A stretch of 64,000 bases of DNA. Source: Callorhinchus milii (lineage: Eukaryota). The stretch covers positions 81,718,001 through 81,782,000 of the forward strand of contig NW_024704743.1 of the NCBI RefSeq assembly GCF_018977255.1. The letters are read 5' to 3'. Below, piece by piece: positions 37,298 to 50,205 of the stretch. The position numbers were made by a program, and so were the translations under genes. Each line of letters opens with the position of its first letter. Position 1 is the first letter of the stretch. Below the pieces are notes generated by a model that ran no database searches, was not told the origin of the DNA, and saw only the letters and a list, made by a program, of their open reading frames with translations.

Positions 37298-40200
37298 AAC
37301 AAACAACAAAATTACATTTATAGAGCGCCTTTCACGTTCGGAGGATGTCCCAAAGTGCTGAACAGTCAGGTGTTGGACCCGAGCATGTGGCAGGAGTGGT
37401 GTAGGGGTAAAGGAAGGCAGAGAGGTAGGAAGACAACCAAAGGCACAATCGAAGAGAAGGGTCTTGAGACCGGCCTTGAAGGAGGCAAGGGAGGAAGCGA
37501 GGTGAAGGGACCATTGGATGGAGTTCCAAAGTGTGGGGGTAGAGAGGCTGAAAGCCCAGCCACCGATGGTAGGGCGGGTTGGGCAGGAGTCACGGAGCAG
37601 AGCAGAGCCTGCTGAACGGAGGGAGCAAGTAGGCTGGTAGGGAGTCAGCAAGTCAGAGAGGTAGGAAGGGGCAAGGCCATGGATGGCCTTGAAAGTGAGG
37701 ACGAGGATCTTGATCTTGAAAGTGATGGAGTCGCGGAGCCTGGTGTGCAAGAGTACAAGAGCTGCAGAGTTTTGGATGATCTGCAGCTTGTGAAGGGAAG
37801 AGTTGGGAAGGCCGATGAGGAGGGAGTTTCCGTAATCGAGCCTTGATGTGACGAATGCATGGATAAGGGTTTTGGCAGCCTGAGGGGTGAGGCAGTGGCG
37901 AAGTCTGGCAATGTTGTGGAGGTGATGCTAGGCTTGCTGGTCATGGCTCAGATGTGGGGGAGAAAGGACAGTTCAGGGTCAAACAAGATACCCAGGTTCC
38001 TGATGGCTTAGTGAGGTTGAGTGTGCAGCCGTGGATGCTGATGCTGCCAGTGCCCGAGGTGCAGAGGCGCTGGCAGGAGGCAATCAGGAGGGCCTCAGTC
38101 TTGCTGACGTTCAGTTGGGGGAAAGTTGTCCCTCGTCTAGGACTTGATGTCAGACAGGCAGTCGATCAGGACGCCAGTAGTCCTGGAGTTGAGGGTGGAG
38201 GCAGAGAGGCAGAGTTGGGTGTCATTCGCATACATGTGGAAATGCATCCCATGTCTGCGGATGATGTCACCAAGGGGGAGTATGTAGAGGGTGACGAGGA
38301 GGGGACTGAAGACAGAGCCCTGAGGACCACCACATGAGATGGTGCGGGGGCTGGAGGAGAAGCCGTTAGCTGCGACAAAGTGGAGTCGGTATGAAAGGTA
38401 GGACCTGAACCAGTCAAGGACAGAACCATGAAGGTTGAGGTGGGAGGAGAGGCGGTGGAGGAGGATTGAATGGTCTACAGTGTCAAAGGCAGTGGAGAGG
38501 TCGAGGAGGACGAGGAGGCAGAGGGAGCCCTGGACACACATGGTCAGGATGTCATTTGTGACCTTGACCAGAGCAGTTTCCGTGCTGTGGGCAGCACGGA
38601 AACCCAATTGGAGAGGTTAATGTAGGGAGTGGGAGGAGAGGAAAGAGCGAAGCTAGGAGGCAATGGCTCTCTCAAGGACCTAGGATAGGAAAGGGAGGTT
38701 TGAGATGGGCCGATAGCTGAATAGCTGTGATGGGTCAAGGAAAGGTTTCTTCAAGGTAGGGGTGATAATGGCTGTTTTGAGGGGGGAAGGAACAGTGCCA
38801 GGTGACGGGGAGAGGTTGATGATGTCGGCGAGTTGTGGGGCAAGGAGGTGGAGCTGGGATTTAAGGAGAGGGGTTGAAATGGGGTCCAGGGAGCAGGTTG
38901 TGGGCTTCATGGAGGGTATGGTGGTGAAGACAGAGGAGGGGGTGACAGGTTCAAAGGTGTGGAAGGAGGGATGGGTAATTGTCGGAGTGTGGGTTGGGGC
39001 TCGGGAGGGGGCGGAAGTTGGGAGGGCAGTGGCAGCTGAGCGATTCCCCTGATTTTGGACTTGAGGAACTCCAGCATTTTCTCACAGTAAGAGTCAGAGA
39101 AAAGAATCTGTGAGGAGTGGCGGGGAGAGCGGAGTAGCTGGTTGGTGGTGGAGAACAGGAGCCTGGGTTTGCCCTTCTCCTACAGGATTAACCTGGAATA
39201 GAAGGATGATTTGGCTGAGACGAGAGTGGAGAGGTAGATTTTGATGAGGTCCAGCCAGATGTGGCGGTGGACCATTAGGCCGGATTTGAGTTAGGTGCGT
39301 TTGGAAGCCCACACCTGGCCCTTAAGCGAGCAGAAGTGGCTGGTGAACCAGGGTGAGGATCGTGAATAGGAGCAGCTCAGGAGATGAGGGGGACAAGGCT
39401 GCCGAGTGTGGTGGAGAGGGTGCTGGGGAGAAGTGTAAGCACAGCGAGTGGGTTGGTGCGAGAGGTGGGCCAGAGGGAGAGGAGTTCAGAGGACTCCAGG
39501 GCAGCGGAGAGGGACTGCGGGGAGATCTTCTTCCACGGGCAGTAGAAGATGGTGATAGATTTGGAGGCAGTGGGGAGAGGGATCTGGGAGTTGAGGGAGA
39601 TGAAATGGTAGTCAGATATGACCTTGTCAGTGATGGTGACATCCGAGACGCTGAGGCCCTCGAGTGGGTGACCGTGGGTGTGGGTAGCAGAGCGGATGTG
39701 GAGGGAGAGGTTGAGAGAGGAGAGGAGAGAGGAGAAGTCCTGTGGAGTCCTGTAGCTCAGTGGTTAGAGCACTCGCTTTTCAAGTGAGAGACCTGAGTTC
39801 AATTCCAGGCAGGGCGAAACCTTGGGCAAGTTTCCTTACTCCACACGCCAAATAATAATCCCTCCAAAGCCAAAAACAATAATAAAATTGGTCATTTTCA
39901 ATCTACGACTGATTGTGGGACATTGCTGTGCGCAATTGTTCGCCCACAAATATACAGTCAATTCACTTTACAGTGTGTTCTGTGAAGCGCTTTGGGACGT
40001 CCTCCTGACGTGAAAAGCGCTATATCAAATGCAAGGATTATTATTATTATAAGTCTGAGGAGGTAGAGCAGGAGGGGATGAAGTGGAGGTTGAAGTCGCC
40101 TAGGATGATGAGACGGTCGGAGCAGAGGCAAAGGGAAGCAAGGAGGATGGAGATATCAAAGGTGAAGGTGGGGGAGGATTTTGGGGGGAGGTAAACTAAG

Positions 40201-40995
40201 AGGATTTTTAGAGAGAGGTGGGAGGGATGGCAGAGGGCAAGGTGTTCGAAAGAGGGGAATGAGCCGATGGAATAGGAGGATAGGACAAGTGACACTTGGA
40301 GATGAGGGCCACACCACCCCCACGGGATTGGGGCATGGGGTATGGTGGTAGGTGTAGCCGGGTGGTGTGGCCTCAGTGAGGGGAAAGGTGTCACCTGGGG
40401 TGATCCAGGTTTCAGTGAGGGCCATAATGTAAATGTTTTCATCAAGGATGAAATCATTGACGGCCAGGGTCTTATTGCAGATGGATTGGACGTTTGGAAG
40501 GCCAATGTGGAGTGGGCAGTTGGCAAGGGGATGTGTGGGATGGGAGGGTTTAGTGGATTGGTTGGCAGGGAGGATGCAGATGCGGATGAGGGAGGAGAGG
40601 TTAGCCCCCGGGGTCATGGTCCGAAGTGGCTTGCAGAGATAGTGGGGAATGGGGCAGTCAGTGTGGCGGCTGCTGGACAGCCAACCCTGTGTTCCATGAT
40701 AAGTCCGGTGGAGGATTCCCAAGCTGGAGCAGAGGGAGGCAGTGGGGGGTCAAGCAGAGATAGGAGGCGGGGAGGGCGGAGAGAGAGCAGGAAAGAGCAG
40801 GAGAGTTGCAAGGAGGGGGGCACTTTGAGGGAGGGCCAGCTTGGGTCGAGGGCGGCAGCCAAGATGCGCACGCTAAGACGAGAGGCGGTGGGTTTAGTGG
40901 GACATTGTCAGCCTGCAGGAGGCTGTGGGAGCTAGAGATGGTGCAGAGAGGGGTCGGGCTCTTATTGTGGTTAGCAATGAGCAGCCTGCAGAGGA
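37298..40995 (-). mobile_element. Near-full-length degenerate L2 LINE (APE endonuclease plus RT), interrupted by a SINE
   Basis: APE motifs NVQSICNK, MALTETW, LIILGDFNLH (40050-40520); RT motifs YRPISNLPFLS, LLDLSTAFDTVDH, PQGSVFSP, YANDTQL; type A tail at 37298; 5' boundary approximate. Confidence 0.92.
39743..40050 (+). mobile_element. Young tRNA SINE inserted in the L2 endonuclease region
   Basis: Full SINE flanked by aagtc at 39735-39739 and 40051-40055. Confidence 0.95.
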
Positions 40996-42349
40996 AGGAC
41001 AGGGGAAAAGGAAATAAGACAATTATTCAGAAAAAAGGAGCATCAAAAAAGACATAAGTTGCCCATCTAAACAATGACCACAACAACAACTTGCATTTAT
41101 TAGTATCCTTCACTGAGGATAGCATCTCGGAGTGCTTAACTCTGATTTCACAAAATCATTGATGGGGGTGAACACTTGCACAGGGATTTCAACGTGTTGC
41201 CCTTTTTTGCCCTGCTTCCTCACTGGATTTTATTTCCATTTCCATTTTCTCTTGATCCAAGCAGACTCCTGGCAAAACAAGGGCGCGTCAATAAAGGCTG
41301 CTTAAGCAGTCTTCCTCTTCCTGTGTCTGAAAAATGATGGAGAAATTCATGAAGTGATTCAATAGGATAGGGATCTTATAAGTTTATTTCAAGTGCATTG
41401 GTCAGAGAAGCACACAGCATAGTGCAAGCATTCATTTCCCCCAATCTTCAGCCCAAAACCCAGATTCTGCTTGTAGCTTGATTCAGCCAGCAGCTATGAT
41501 ATGATTCAATGATGAGAACTTTACTGAAGCTCTAGTACACAGCCCCAGTAGGGGGTTAAACCACCAATTCTGGGCTGCTGGCCTGATGATGATAAATCCA
41601 TTCATTCATGCCAGTTCTTGCAGACTGTAAGATCCCCTTGGATATGCATTGCTGAGGTGCTGCAGAGGAAGAGTGCGGTTCACATTGGGAGGACAGTAGC
41701 AGGACTGTAACTTACATTTAAAGCAGGAAACTAAATTCAGATGTACACTGGCTGCATTGTCCCATCCCCAGGCTTGTCGATTTCAGGTCCTTTTTATGAA
41801 TTCAGAATCGTCCAATCTCCAGTTTTTTTACACCAGAGCAGACTTTGATCACAGTAGAGCATGGAGGCACCAGTAAGTAGCTGGTCAGCAATAAAAAATA
41901 AAATAGCCCTTAAAAAGTAAAATTGTTGGGAAGAAATAATTAAAGAGTATGAGATAAAAGAAAGAGATTTGAAATGTTTTTTGCCGATTGCAGTGCCAGG
42001 CTATGACAGGCAACATGCAGTGAAACCTTCAACTTAAACGTTCTTCATATTAATATAGCAGTTTTACAGACTCTGGACTCAGCTCAAAATTAAACAGCTC
42101 TCCCTTACGCTCCCCTGCTGACTCAGTGACTTTATTCTGTATGTTTATTTATACTGTATAGTTGAGCCATATGGCTAATTGAGTCTGTTTTTCACCACTT
42201 TATTAGCTCATGACAGATCTTCCAATCTCCTTTCCCCATACCTCATGATACCCTTACTTTCCAAATATCCGTCTATCTCCCTTTTAAAGATCCTGATTGA
42301 TTCTGCCTCTACAGCTTCTTGGGGCATTGTGTTCCACATTTTTGTCAGC

Positions 42350-42797
42350 CTGGCTGAGTGATAGCACTCTTGCCTCTGAGTCAGAAGGTTGTGTGTTCAA
42401 GCCCCACGTCGGGACGTGGACTCCCATAGTCTAAGCTGACGCACCAATGCAGTACTCGGGGGAATGGAGGGGTGAACGTTGTATTGTTGGAGATGCTGCC
42501 TTTGGATGAGACATTAAACCAAGGTCTTGTCTGCCTGTTCAGTTGGACATCAAAGATCCCATGGCACTCTTCAAAACGAGATAGGAGTTTCTCCTGGTGT
42601 AATGGCCAATAGACCCCCACATAAAATTTGTCATTCTCTCCATGGCTGTTTGTGGGATATTGCTGTGCGCAAACTGGCTGCTGGTTTTCTCCCACAAAAT
42701 ACCCAGTGAGTCCACTTTCCAGTACATCCTGTGAAACACTTTGAGACGCCTTGATGATGGGATAAGACATACATCAAATCCAAAGATTATTATTATT
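42350..42797 (+). mobile_element. Most complete Deu-domain SINE in the window
   Basis: tRNA-like head (tagcactcttgcctctgagtcagaaggttgtgtgttcaagccc), Deu domain (ggatgagacattaaacc...aaagatcccatggcactc...ctggtgtaatggccaa), L2-type tail with (tta)n. Confidence 0.85.
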
Positions 42798-42939
42798 CAA
42801 TGTTTCCTGATCTAATTTCTACCATCCTAGCTCAAAGTTCAAGATCATGTCACCTTGCTTTGAATCCTCTTACCAGAAGGAAGGGTTGTCCCTTCTCTAG
42901 TTTGTAAATTCCCTTCATTATTTTAATCACATCAATCAT

Positions 42940-43210
42940 AAATATCCAGGTTTGATCCCAGTCCTTACTGAGTTCCCTCATCTCAACAAAGCAGCAGCTG
43001 AGGTGTCAGTGTTGGTCTCAGGGCTATGGGTAGGGAAGAAATGTCAGCCAGAAATCCTGCTGATCATTGTGCAGTAACTTGTGCTGTTAGTGTGTGTGGA
43101 CATTGCGTGAGGATTGGGCTCAGCTGTGATGCTGGATGATCCAACAGCATGCACTTAAATGTTGGCTACTCAGATGAGGTATAATTGGTGTCTGGCAAGG
43201 TACCCAACTG
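42940..43210 (+). mobile_element. Old tRNA-headed SINE, third family
   Basis: B-box-like ccaggtttgatccc then ctgagttccctcatctca...tgtgtgtggaca...ggattgggctcagctgtgatgc; related copies at ~15850-15965, 24190-24480, 25480-25660, 33940-34125, 49820-50410. Confidence 0.55.
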
Positions 43211-43289
43211 AAGAAAAAAAGGAAGCAAAGCTCTCCTTTCAGTTCAGATTTGCATGACCTCACTTGAAAGTAGCAAAATGAGCGTCATC

Positions 43290-44260
43290 TAGATTGTAAC
43301 ACCAATGCAGCATTATTGGAGGTGCCATCTTTCAGATGAGTCATTAAACTGGGGCTTCATCTGCACATTTAGATGGACATTAAATATTCCATGACACAGT
43401 ATAATAAATATTATTCCTTATATTTCTTACAGCAATCTTTCAGGTCAGAAGGATAAAAAGTTAAGGAACTTTCTCTGGGTATTCAGGTCAACATTCCTTC
43501 AGATAAATTGATAATTCAATTCAGATCCGTTCTAGGGTCATTGCTGTGCACAATTGGCTGCTGGGTTTGTTCACAAATAATCACTTAACAACATTCGCTG
43601 TGAAGTACTTTCAGGTGTTTCAATATTATAGATGCCAAACGAAATATAAGGTTATTTAGAACTATTAACTTGCATTTTATACAACAGTTATATGGCACCT
43701 TTAACATAAGATAAACATCCCAAAGGTTTTGACAGAGATGATTAAGAGCACTGAGTAGTCAGAGGAAGGATGTTGACTGAAGACACAGTCTGTGAGACAT
43801 GGTTTTAAGAGGATTTTGAAGATAGGAAGAGAAAGTGTAAAACAAGGTATTTAGGAAGAGTTATAGCACTATAAGCACATATACAAACACTTTACAGTAT
43901 TTATTGTCAAATCCAATGTCTGTTTATGTAGGCAAATGCAACAGTCATTTTGCACAAAAAGTCTTGGAATGAATGACCATTTTTTCTGAAGGACTGCTGA
44001 AGAAGACATTAAAAGAATGTCCCTTCCCTTTTACAGGGAGTGTCATAGTGTTCACAAACACCTGAAGGAAAGGTACACCCGACCTTCGTTCAATGTCTCA
44101 TCTGAAAAGTAGCACCTCCAACACTGCAGAGCTTCCCCATTACTAGATTTTAGTGTCATTCAAGGCACCAGATTGCGGATTGTGAACTCTAGCTCTGATG
44201 TGGAACCCACAATCTCTGGCCAAGAGATGCGAATGCTACCACCTGACCCAAGCTGCCAGA
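43290..44260. mobile_element. Cluster of decayed Deu-SINE copies (43290-43650 plus, 43870-44260 minus) and an L2 tail
   Basis: gccatctttcagatgagtcattaaac and revcomp ttcaatgtctcatctgaaaag Deu segments. Confidence 0.65.
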
Positions 44261-44369
44261 AGAAAAATCCTTTCCCATGAAGAAAATTAATGTGCTCTTA
44301 AATTACTGCTCTTTAGGATGATTCCAAAATGGCTCCACTATTCCCCGCTGCAATCAAAATATCAACTTA

Positions 44370-44694
44370 TATAATAATAATATAATAATAATCCTTGCAT
44401 TTGATATAGCGCTTTTCACGTCTTCTAGGTGTCTCAAAGCGCTTCACAGAATATACTGTAAAGTGAATTGACCGTATATTTCTGGGCGAAACGTGGCTGC
44501 CAATTGCGCACAACAGTGTCCCACAAACAGTCGTGGATTGAAAATGACCAATTTATTATTGTTTTGTTTTTTGGAGGGATTATTATTAGACATGTGGAGT
44601 AAGGAAACTTGCCCAAGGTTTCGCCCTGCCGGGAATTGAACCCAGGTGTCTTGCTTGCAAGGCGAATGCTCTAACCACTGAGCTATAGGACTCC
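44370..44694 (-). mobile_element. tRNA SINE
   Basis: Full-length revcomp copy with older tail loop (ctagaagac). Confidence 0.93.
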
Positions 44695-45695
44695 AAAACG
44701 TATGTCTATAGTGCTAACTACAGTCCCCAATTTAACATCTCAGTTTAGCATCTCATCCAAAGGACAGTACCTTCAAGAATGCAACTGCACTAAAGTATCA
44801 GCCTAGATTAGACTGTGAGTTCAAAGTCCTGATGTGGGCCTTGAACTCATAGTCTTCTGACTCAGAGGCAACTGAGCAAGGATGGTAAATGGATGGCGCT
44901 GACAGAAAAATAGAAACCACTGTTTGTATCCAATGAAATCCAATTGTAATGCAGGAAAAAGACATAACGAAAGGGGTAAGTAGAGTTGTCTGGAGATGAG
45001 TAAAAAAAAGTGCAGTCCTCAGGCAGAGGAACGTGTGTGGGTATAGGACGCTAATTTTCCAGATTAGTTTTAGAAGGATTGAAACTGAGTGTTTCTGTAT
45101 TTTAAGGTGGAGCAGCATACAATGGAAATGCATTTTCAGGTGGGAGTTTGACACTCTCCCCCTAGTTTCTTGCTATTGTGAACTTAACATGTGGTGTGCC
45201 TTAAAGGAGAATGAATTAATGCTGCACCACAAGTACCTTAATCATTGCAAGGTGGGGAGCATGTCACGAACACCTTGAGGAGAAACTCTCTCCTGAGGAA
45301 CTGTGTATTATATGGTGTACATCAACAAGTAATAAGGATTCTTTACTCCAAAATAAAAGCACTCACTTACTCTGACCCAAGTGTCAAGTGTCTGAGAGAT
45401 CCTGAGAGGTCCTTGGTGACATCTGAATTTTACAACAGTTGTTTCACCCTAAACCTCTTATTGTGAGGTGGAAATAGGCCTCTGTATTTTTTGCAGCATT
45501 TAGAGCCATTTCCTCCCAGACACACTGGCAAAAGTCCAGCACGACACTTCACCTCAGCCTCATTAAATTTGCACGATGACGTGAAGCAGCACTGTTGACT
45601 GCCAAACAAAATAATTGCAGCAAAGCCTGAAGTGCAGAAAGGTACAGTGTGTGTGTAGGACTGCTCACCAATAAAGCAACAGAGCTCTCACTGCT

Positions 45696-46020
45696 ACAAC
45701 AACAACAACAAGATTCCATTTATAAAGCACCTTTCACGTCAGGAGGACGTCCCAAGGCGCTGCACAGTTGGGTCATGACCCGAGCAGGGGGGAAATGGTC
45801 AGGGGAGGGGAGGGAGCGAGGAGGGGGGAAATGGTCAGGGTGAGGGGAGGGATGGGAGGGAGCGAGGAGGGGGAAGAGAGTCGAGAGGGGAGCTGAAGGC
45901 TCGGTCAAAGAGAAAGGTTTTGAGACCGGCCTTGAAGGAGGAAAGGGAGGAAGCAAGGCGAAGGCACTGGGGGATGGAGTTCCAGAGCCTCGGGGCTGAG
46001 AGGCTGAAGGCCCGACCACC
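45696..46020 (-). mobile_element. Young L2 3' end with internal ~36-nt duplication
   Basis: Matches 6167-6441; aggggggaaatggtcaggg repeated at 45786 and 45822. Confidence 0.9.
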
Positions 46021-46109
46021 GGATGAATATGGAAATTTTAAATAATCTGAGTAAAGGTTATTAACATTGCATTTGATATTCCTGCACAGTAACTTTGTGA
46101 AGCACTTTG

Positions 46110-46500
46110 AAACAACAACAACAAAATTACATTTATAGAGCGCCTTTCACATCGGGAGGATGTCCCAAAGCGTTGAACAGTCAGATGTAGGGGCCCGAGC
46201 ATGGGGAAGGGATGGTGCAGGGTTGAGGGAAGGCAGAGAGGTGGGAGGGAGACCAAAGGCACGGTCGAAGAGAAGGGTCTTGAGACCAGCCTTGAAGGAG
46301 GCAAGGGAGGAAGCGAGGCGAAGGGACCATGAGATGCAGTTCCAGAGTGTGGGGGCAGAGAGGCTGAAAGCCCGGCCACCGATGGTAGGTCGGGTCAGGC
46401 GGGAGACATGGAGCAGGCCGGATCCCGATGAACGGAGCGAGCTTGCAGGTTGGCAGGGAGTCAGCAGGTCAGAGAGGTTGGAGAGGGCAAGGCCATGGAA
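46110..46500 (-). mobile_element. L2 3' end
   Basis: HGLA...RAFSLSAPTLWN...FKAGLKTLLF ORF end and type A tail. Confidence 0.9.
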
Positions 46501-47249
46501 ACGTTCCCATATGATAAGGTAGTATGCCAAAGGCAAAGATTATTACAGTAATATAACGTCAACACCTCAGAGAATTGTTGTCAAATTAAGTAACTATATT
46601 TGCAATCTAAAACAGCAGTGCATTTTTGCGTAGAAAATGAATGATCAAATTATCTTTTTCGACTGCTAAATCAGGTTCCTAGCTTAAAATATATTACAGT
46701 GACTATAAATTGAATTAGTTATTTGTGTAAAAAATGTGGCACCCATTTGTGCCAGCAATTAACAGTCTTGAGATAAATTATCAATTAATAGGGAGGTTTG
46801 TTGACTAGGACATTGGGATAAGACTCCTTTCTCTTTTCTCATAATGTCTTTTTCAATTTCCGCCTGAACAGGCAAACGGGAATTTGTTTCACCATTACTC
46901 TTAAAGACGATATCTCCAATAATACAGCAGTTTGCCAATTCTGCACAGGACTGTGTGTCAGCCTGGACTATGAGCTCAAGGTAGGATGTGAGGCTTGAAC
47001 CCACAATATTCTGACCCAATCTACTGTTAGTTACAGATGCTACTATTTCACATCAGTGCCAGGAAATAAAAACGTACAGAGGTGAGAGATGATTCGAGGC
47101 TCCTGCCATGTCAGGGACCCCTGTCATTTCTTAACTTTATTTTCTTCTGAGAATGAAAGTACATTTGATCCCAAGGTAGGCTGGGCTTCATCTGTGGCAC
47201 TGGATGAGGCCTGTGCATCACCATGGGAACCGTGGTGTATTCCTGGGTC

Positions 47250-47625
47250 AGTTGTTAGCACTTTTGCAACTGTGTTAGAAGGTTGTGGTTCAAGCCCTAC
47301 ATTAAGGCTTTGAACTGATATTGTCTAGGATGACACTCCAGTACAGTGCTTCTTTGTTGTTCTTACCAATCTTCAGATGAGGCATTAAACCGAGGTCCCA
47401 TTGGTCTGTTCAGGTGGATGTTAAAGATCCCATGACATTATTCAAAAAGTGAAGGGAATTTCTCTTGTCCTGGCCAACAATCCCACAGACAAAATTGGTT
47501 ATTCACTCCATATCTGTTTGTGGGATATTGCTGCTCACAAATGACTCCTGCAGTTTGCCTATAAAAGTCACTAAACTTTATAATAAATCCTGTGAAGTTC
47601 TTTGAGACAGCCTCTGATCTGAAAG
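47250..47625 (+). mobile_element. Decayed Deu-domain SINE
   Basis: cagatgaggcattaaaccgaggtccc...gttaaagatcccatgacattattc...gtcctggccaac. Confidence 0.8.
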
Positions 47626-48968
47626 GTGTCGAATTGTGTTGATAGAGCTGGGAATGTATTTCTATGGTTCCAATCCTTGCATCTCAATATCAGCGCATTA
47701 AAAACAAAATAAAATTCTTCCCAATTGCAATGGGGAAATATTGAATCATTGTTGTTTTGGCGACATTGGAAATTTGTTTCAGATCATACAATGTACTTGG
47801 GAACATCTCAAAATTGCTTCATTCCTTGCCCAAAAGTATGCTGAGCTTCACATCTGGCAATGGAGAGGCTGCCGCACAGTGTGCAGCAAAAATGATTTCT
47901 GAGAAAGGATTACAGCAATCTAGTCTGTTCCTGTGATTCAGCATTTGCAAACTGGTTCCTTCACCACTGAGGGCACGTGTGTAAATTAACAGCACCAAAA
48001 CCATTCATAACGCACGTGTGTCAGCCTGGAGGCTTCAAATCATCAGCTTTCATATTTCCTCTTATTTTACACCATGACCCACAGTGTCAGAGTCAATGAC
48101 TGGAAATGGGCCTTTTTTTAACGTAAAAAAATATATTCTGAAATGAATACTTTTAGAACAAAGAGGTATTTCTTCTGAGTCACCAAAGTGAAGGCCAAAA
48201 GGTGGGTTGAAATAAACTACACATTTGAAGCCTGTGTGCTGGCAGCAGACATTCCTCATTCCAAATGTCCCACAAATATTCCCGTTTCCACAGCTTTGTG
48301 CAGTTAAAATAACCTCTTTCTATCTCTGCACTTGACTTCAGTATCAGCTATCCAAAGCTGCTAACTGTTAACAGCCAGCAGCAAAATTAACACACTTAGA
48401 TTTAACATTAGAATTCTTTTACAGATACAAAGTATTCTCTGTCTTTCCCATCTATATTGACTCCCCTCTCTTCCCCTCCCCCCTCAATCCTCATTCGCCT
48501 TCTCAAAGCTGCTGGATATAGTTTAACAGGTGACAGATTCCCTCCGGTATCTAACCAACATGGCCATTTGTCATGTGTGAGTCTAGACTGCGGGGGATGA
48601 AAAAAATTGCTTGAATGCAAAACAGGCATCATGAATGGTGCTTTGCCCTGGGAAAGGCACTTCAAGATATGAAGTGGTTGCAAGGCCCCCCACATATATC
48701 ATGGTAAAGTCTTGAGACTTCTGTTCTAAGGCTATTTTAGGTCAGAGTAGAGTTCTCTCCAGTTGGAGTAACATATGTGGGGTTCCCACCTGGAGATGTA
48801 CTTCTCACCCTGATGTGCGTTTGGTGACACAGTGTTATTTACGTTACCTTCTCTCCCCACCCCAATCCCATTTGTGCTCCTTTTCAGCCACTTTGAGGTT
48901 TAATTTGCATTTGTTGCAAACAAGATTCAATAATTTAATGATAGTTTCCAGTTTGCAAATGCTGTTTA

Positions 48969-49278
48969 ACATAGATTACATAGAATGTACAGCACGGAAA
49001 CAGTCCATACTGTGTCGATATTCCGTAACAGCCTCCATATATTCCTGATTCCCTCCCATATCCTTCCATTCCCCTCTCCCTCATGTATATCTAGCTTCCT
49101 CTTAAATGCATCTGCACTATCTGATTCAACCATTACTTCAAGCAGCGAGCTCCAGATTCTCACAACCCTCTGCTTGAAGTAGTTACTCCTAAATTCTCTT
49201 TTAGATTCCTGAGTCGCTATCTTATATTTGTGTCCCCAGGTTACAGACCCCCCAACAAATGGGAACAGCCTGTTCATG
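48969..49278 (-). mobile_element. CR1 3' fragment
   Basis: ORF track TWGHKYKI...YFKQRVVRIWSSL...FKRKLD is a CR1 ORF2 C-terminus. Confidence 0.85.
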
Positions 49279-49899
49279 CTAAACTTTTATAATTTTTAAA
49301 CACATTAATTTCTAATATTTGCAAAATGGATTATTGCAAATCTCGACAACTGGCAAAGTCTAAGGAGAGGGCAGAGAGCAAAACATCTCCACATTATTCA
49401 ATGGTGAGTGGGAGGATTCATCATTGACAAGCCCAAACACACTCAGGGAGCACCATTGACAATTTCTCTTTCTCACCATTTTTCCAGCAAAAATCATGGG
49501 AAGGCGATCAGGAGCAGGAAAGTCAGCAGATTGATTTTTCTGGTCCAGGAATTCTGAAGCCAATTGTAGTGGCCCCACCACTTCCTGGCTCTTGTAAGTG
49601 AACTTAACATTCGTCAAGAGACAAACTTAAGATCTTCTTTATGTTCACCCGCTGGCAGGTGGACATTGCTGTTGACATTTGGACTGCGACACTTGCCCAC
49701 AAATACACAGTCAATCCTATGAAGCACTATGAGATGTCCTCCTGATGTAAAAGGTGCTGTACCAAATACAAAGGTTATTTATTGTTTTATTTAACTGAAA
49801 ATGTGATAATTGGGGTGAAAAATGCAATGCTCCATAACAAATTGCAGGTGGCCATCGTTTAGGTGTGAGGCTGAACAGTGGGTGTTGGCAGATTGTTTC

Positions 49900-50205
49900 G
49901 GAGTCCTGTAGCTCAGTGGTTGAGCACTCGCTTTGCAAGCTAGAGACCCGAGTTCAATTCCAGGCAGGGCGAAACCTTGGGCAAGTTTCCTTACTCCACA
50001 CGCCTAATAATAATCCCTCCAAAACCAAAAACAATAATAAATTGGTCATTTTAAATCCATGACTGTTTGTGGGACACTGCTGTGCGCAATTGGCTGCCGC
50101 GTTCGCCCACAAATATACAGTCAATTCAGTTTACAGTGTGTTCTGTGAAGCGCTTTGGGATGTCCTCCTGACGTGAAAAGCGCTATATCAAATGCAAGGA
50201 TTATT
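49900..50205 (+). mobile_element. Young tRNA(Ala) SINE inserted into an older SINE
   Basis: Full length; TSD attgttt at 49892-49898 and 50206-50212. Confidence 0.95.

Noticed and set aside
39353..40935. Long Gly/Glu/Arg-rich plus-strand ORFs
   Set aside because: Antisense frames of the C/T-rich L2 ORF2
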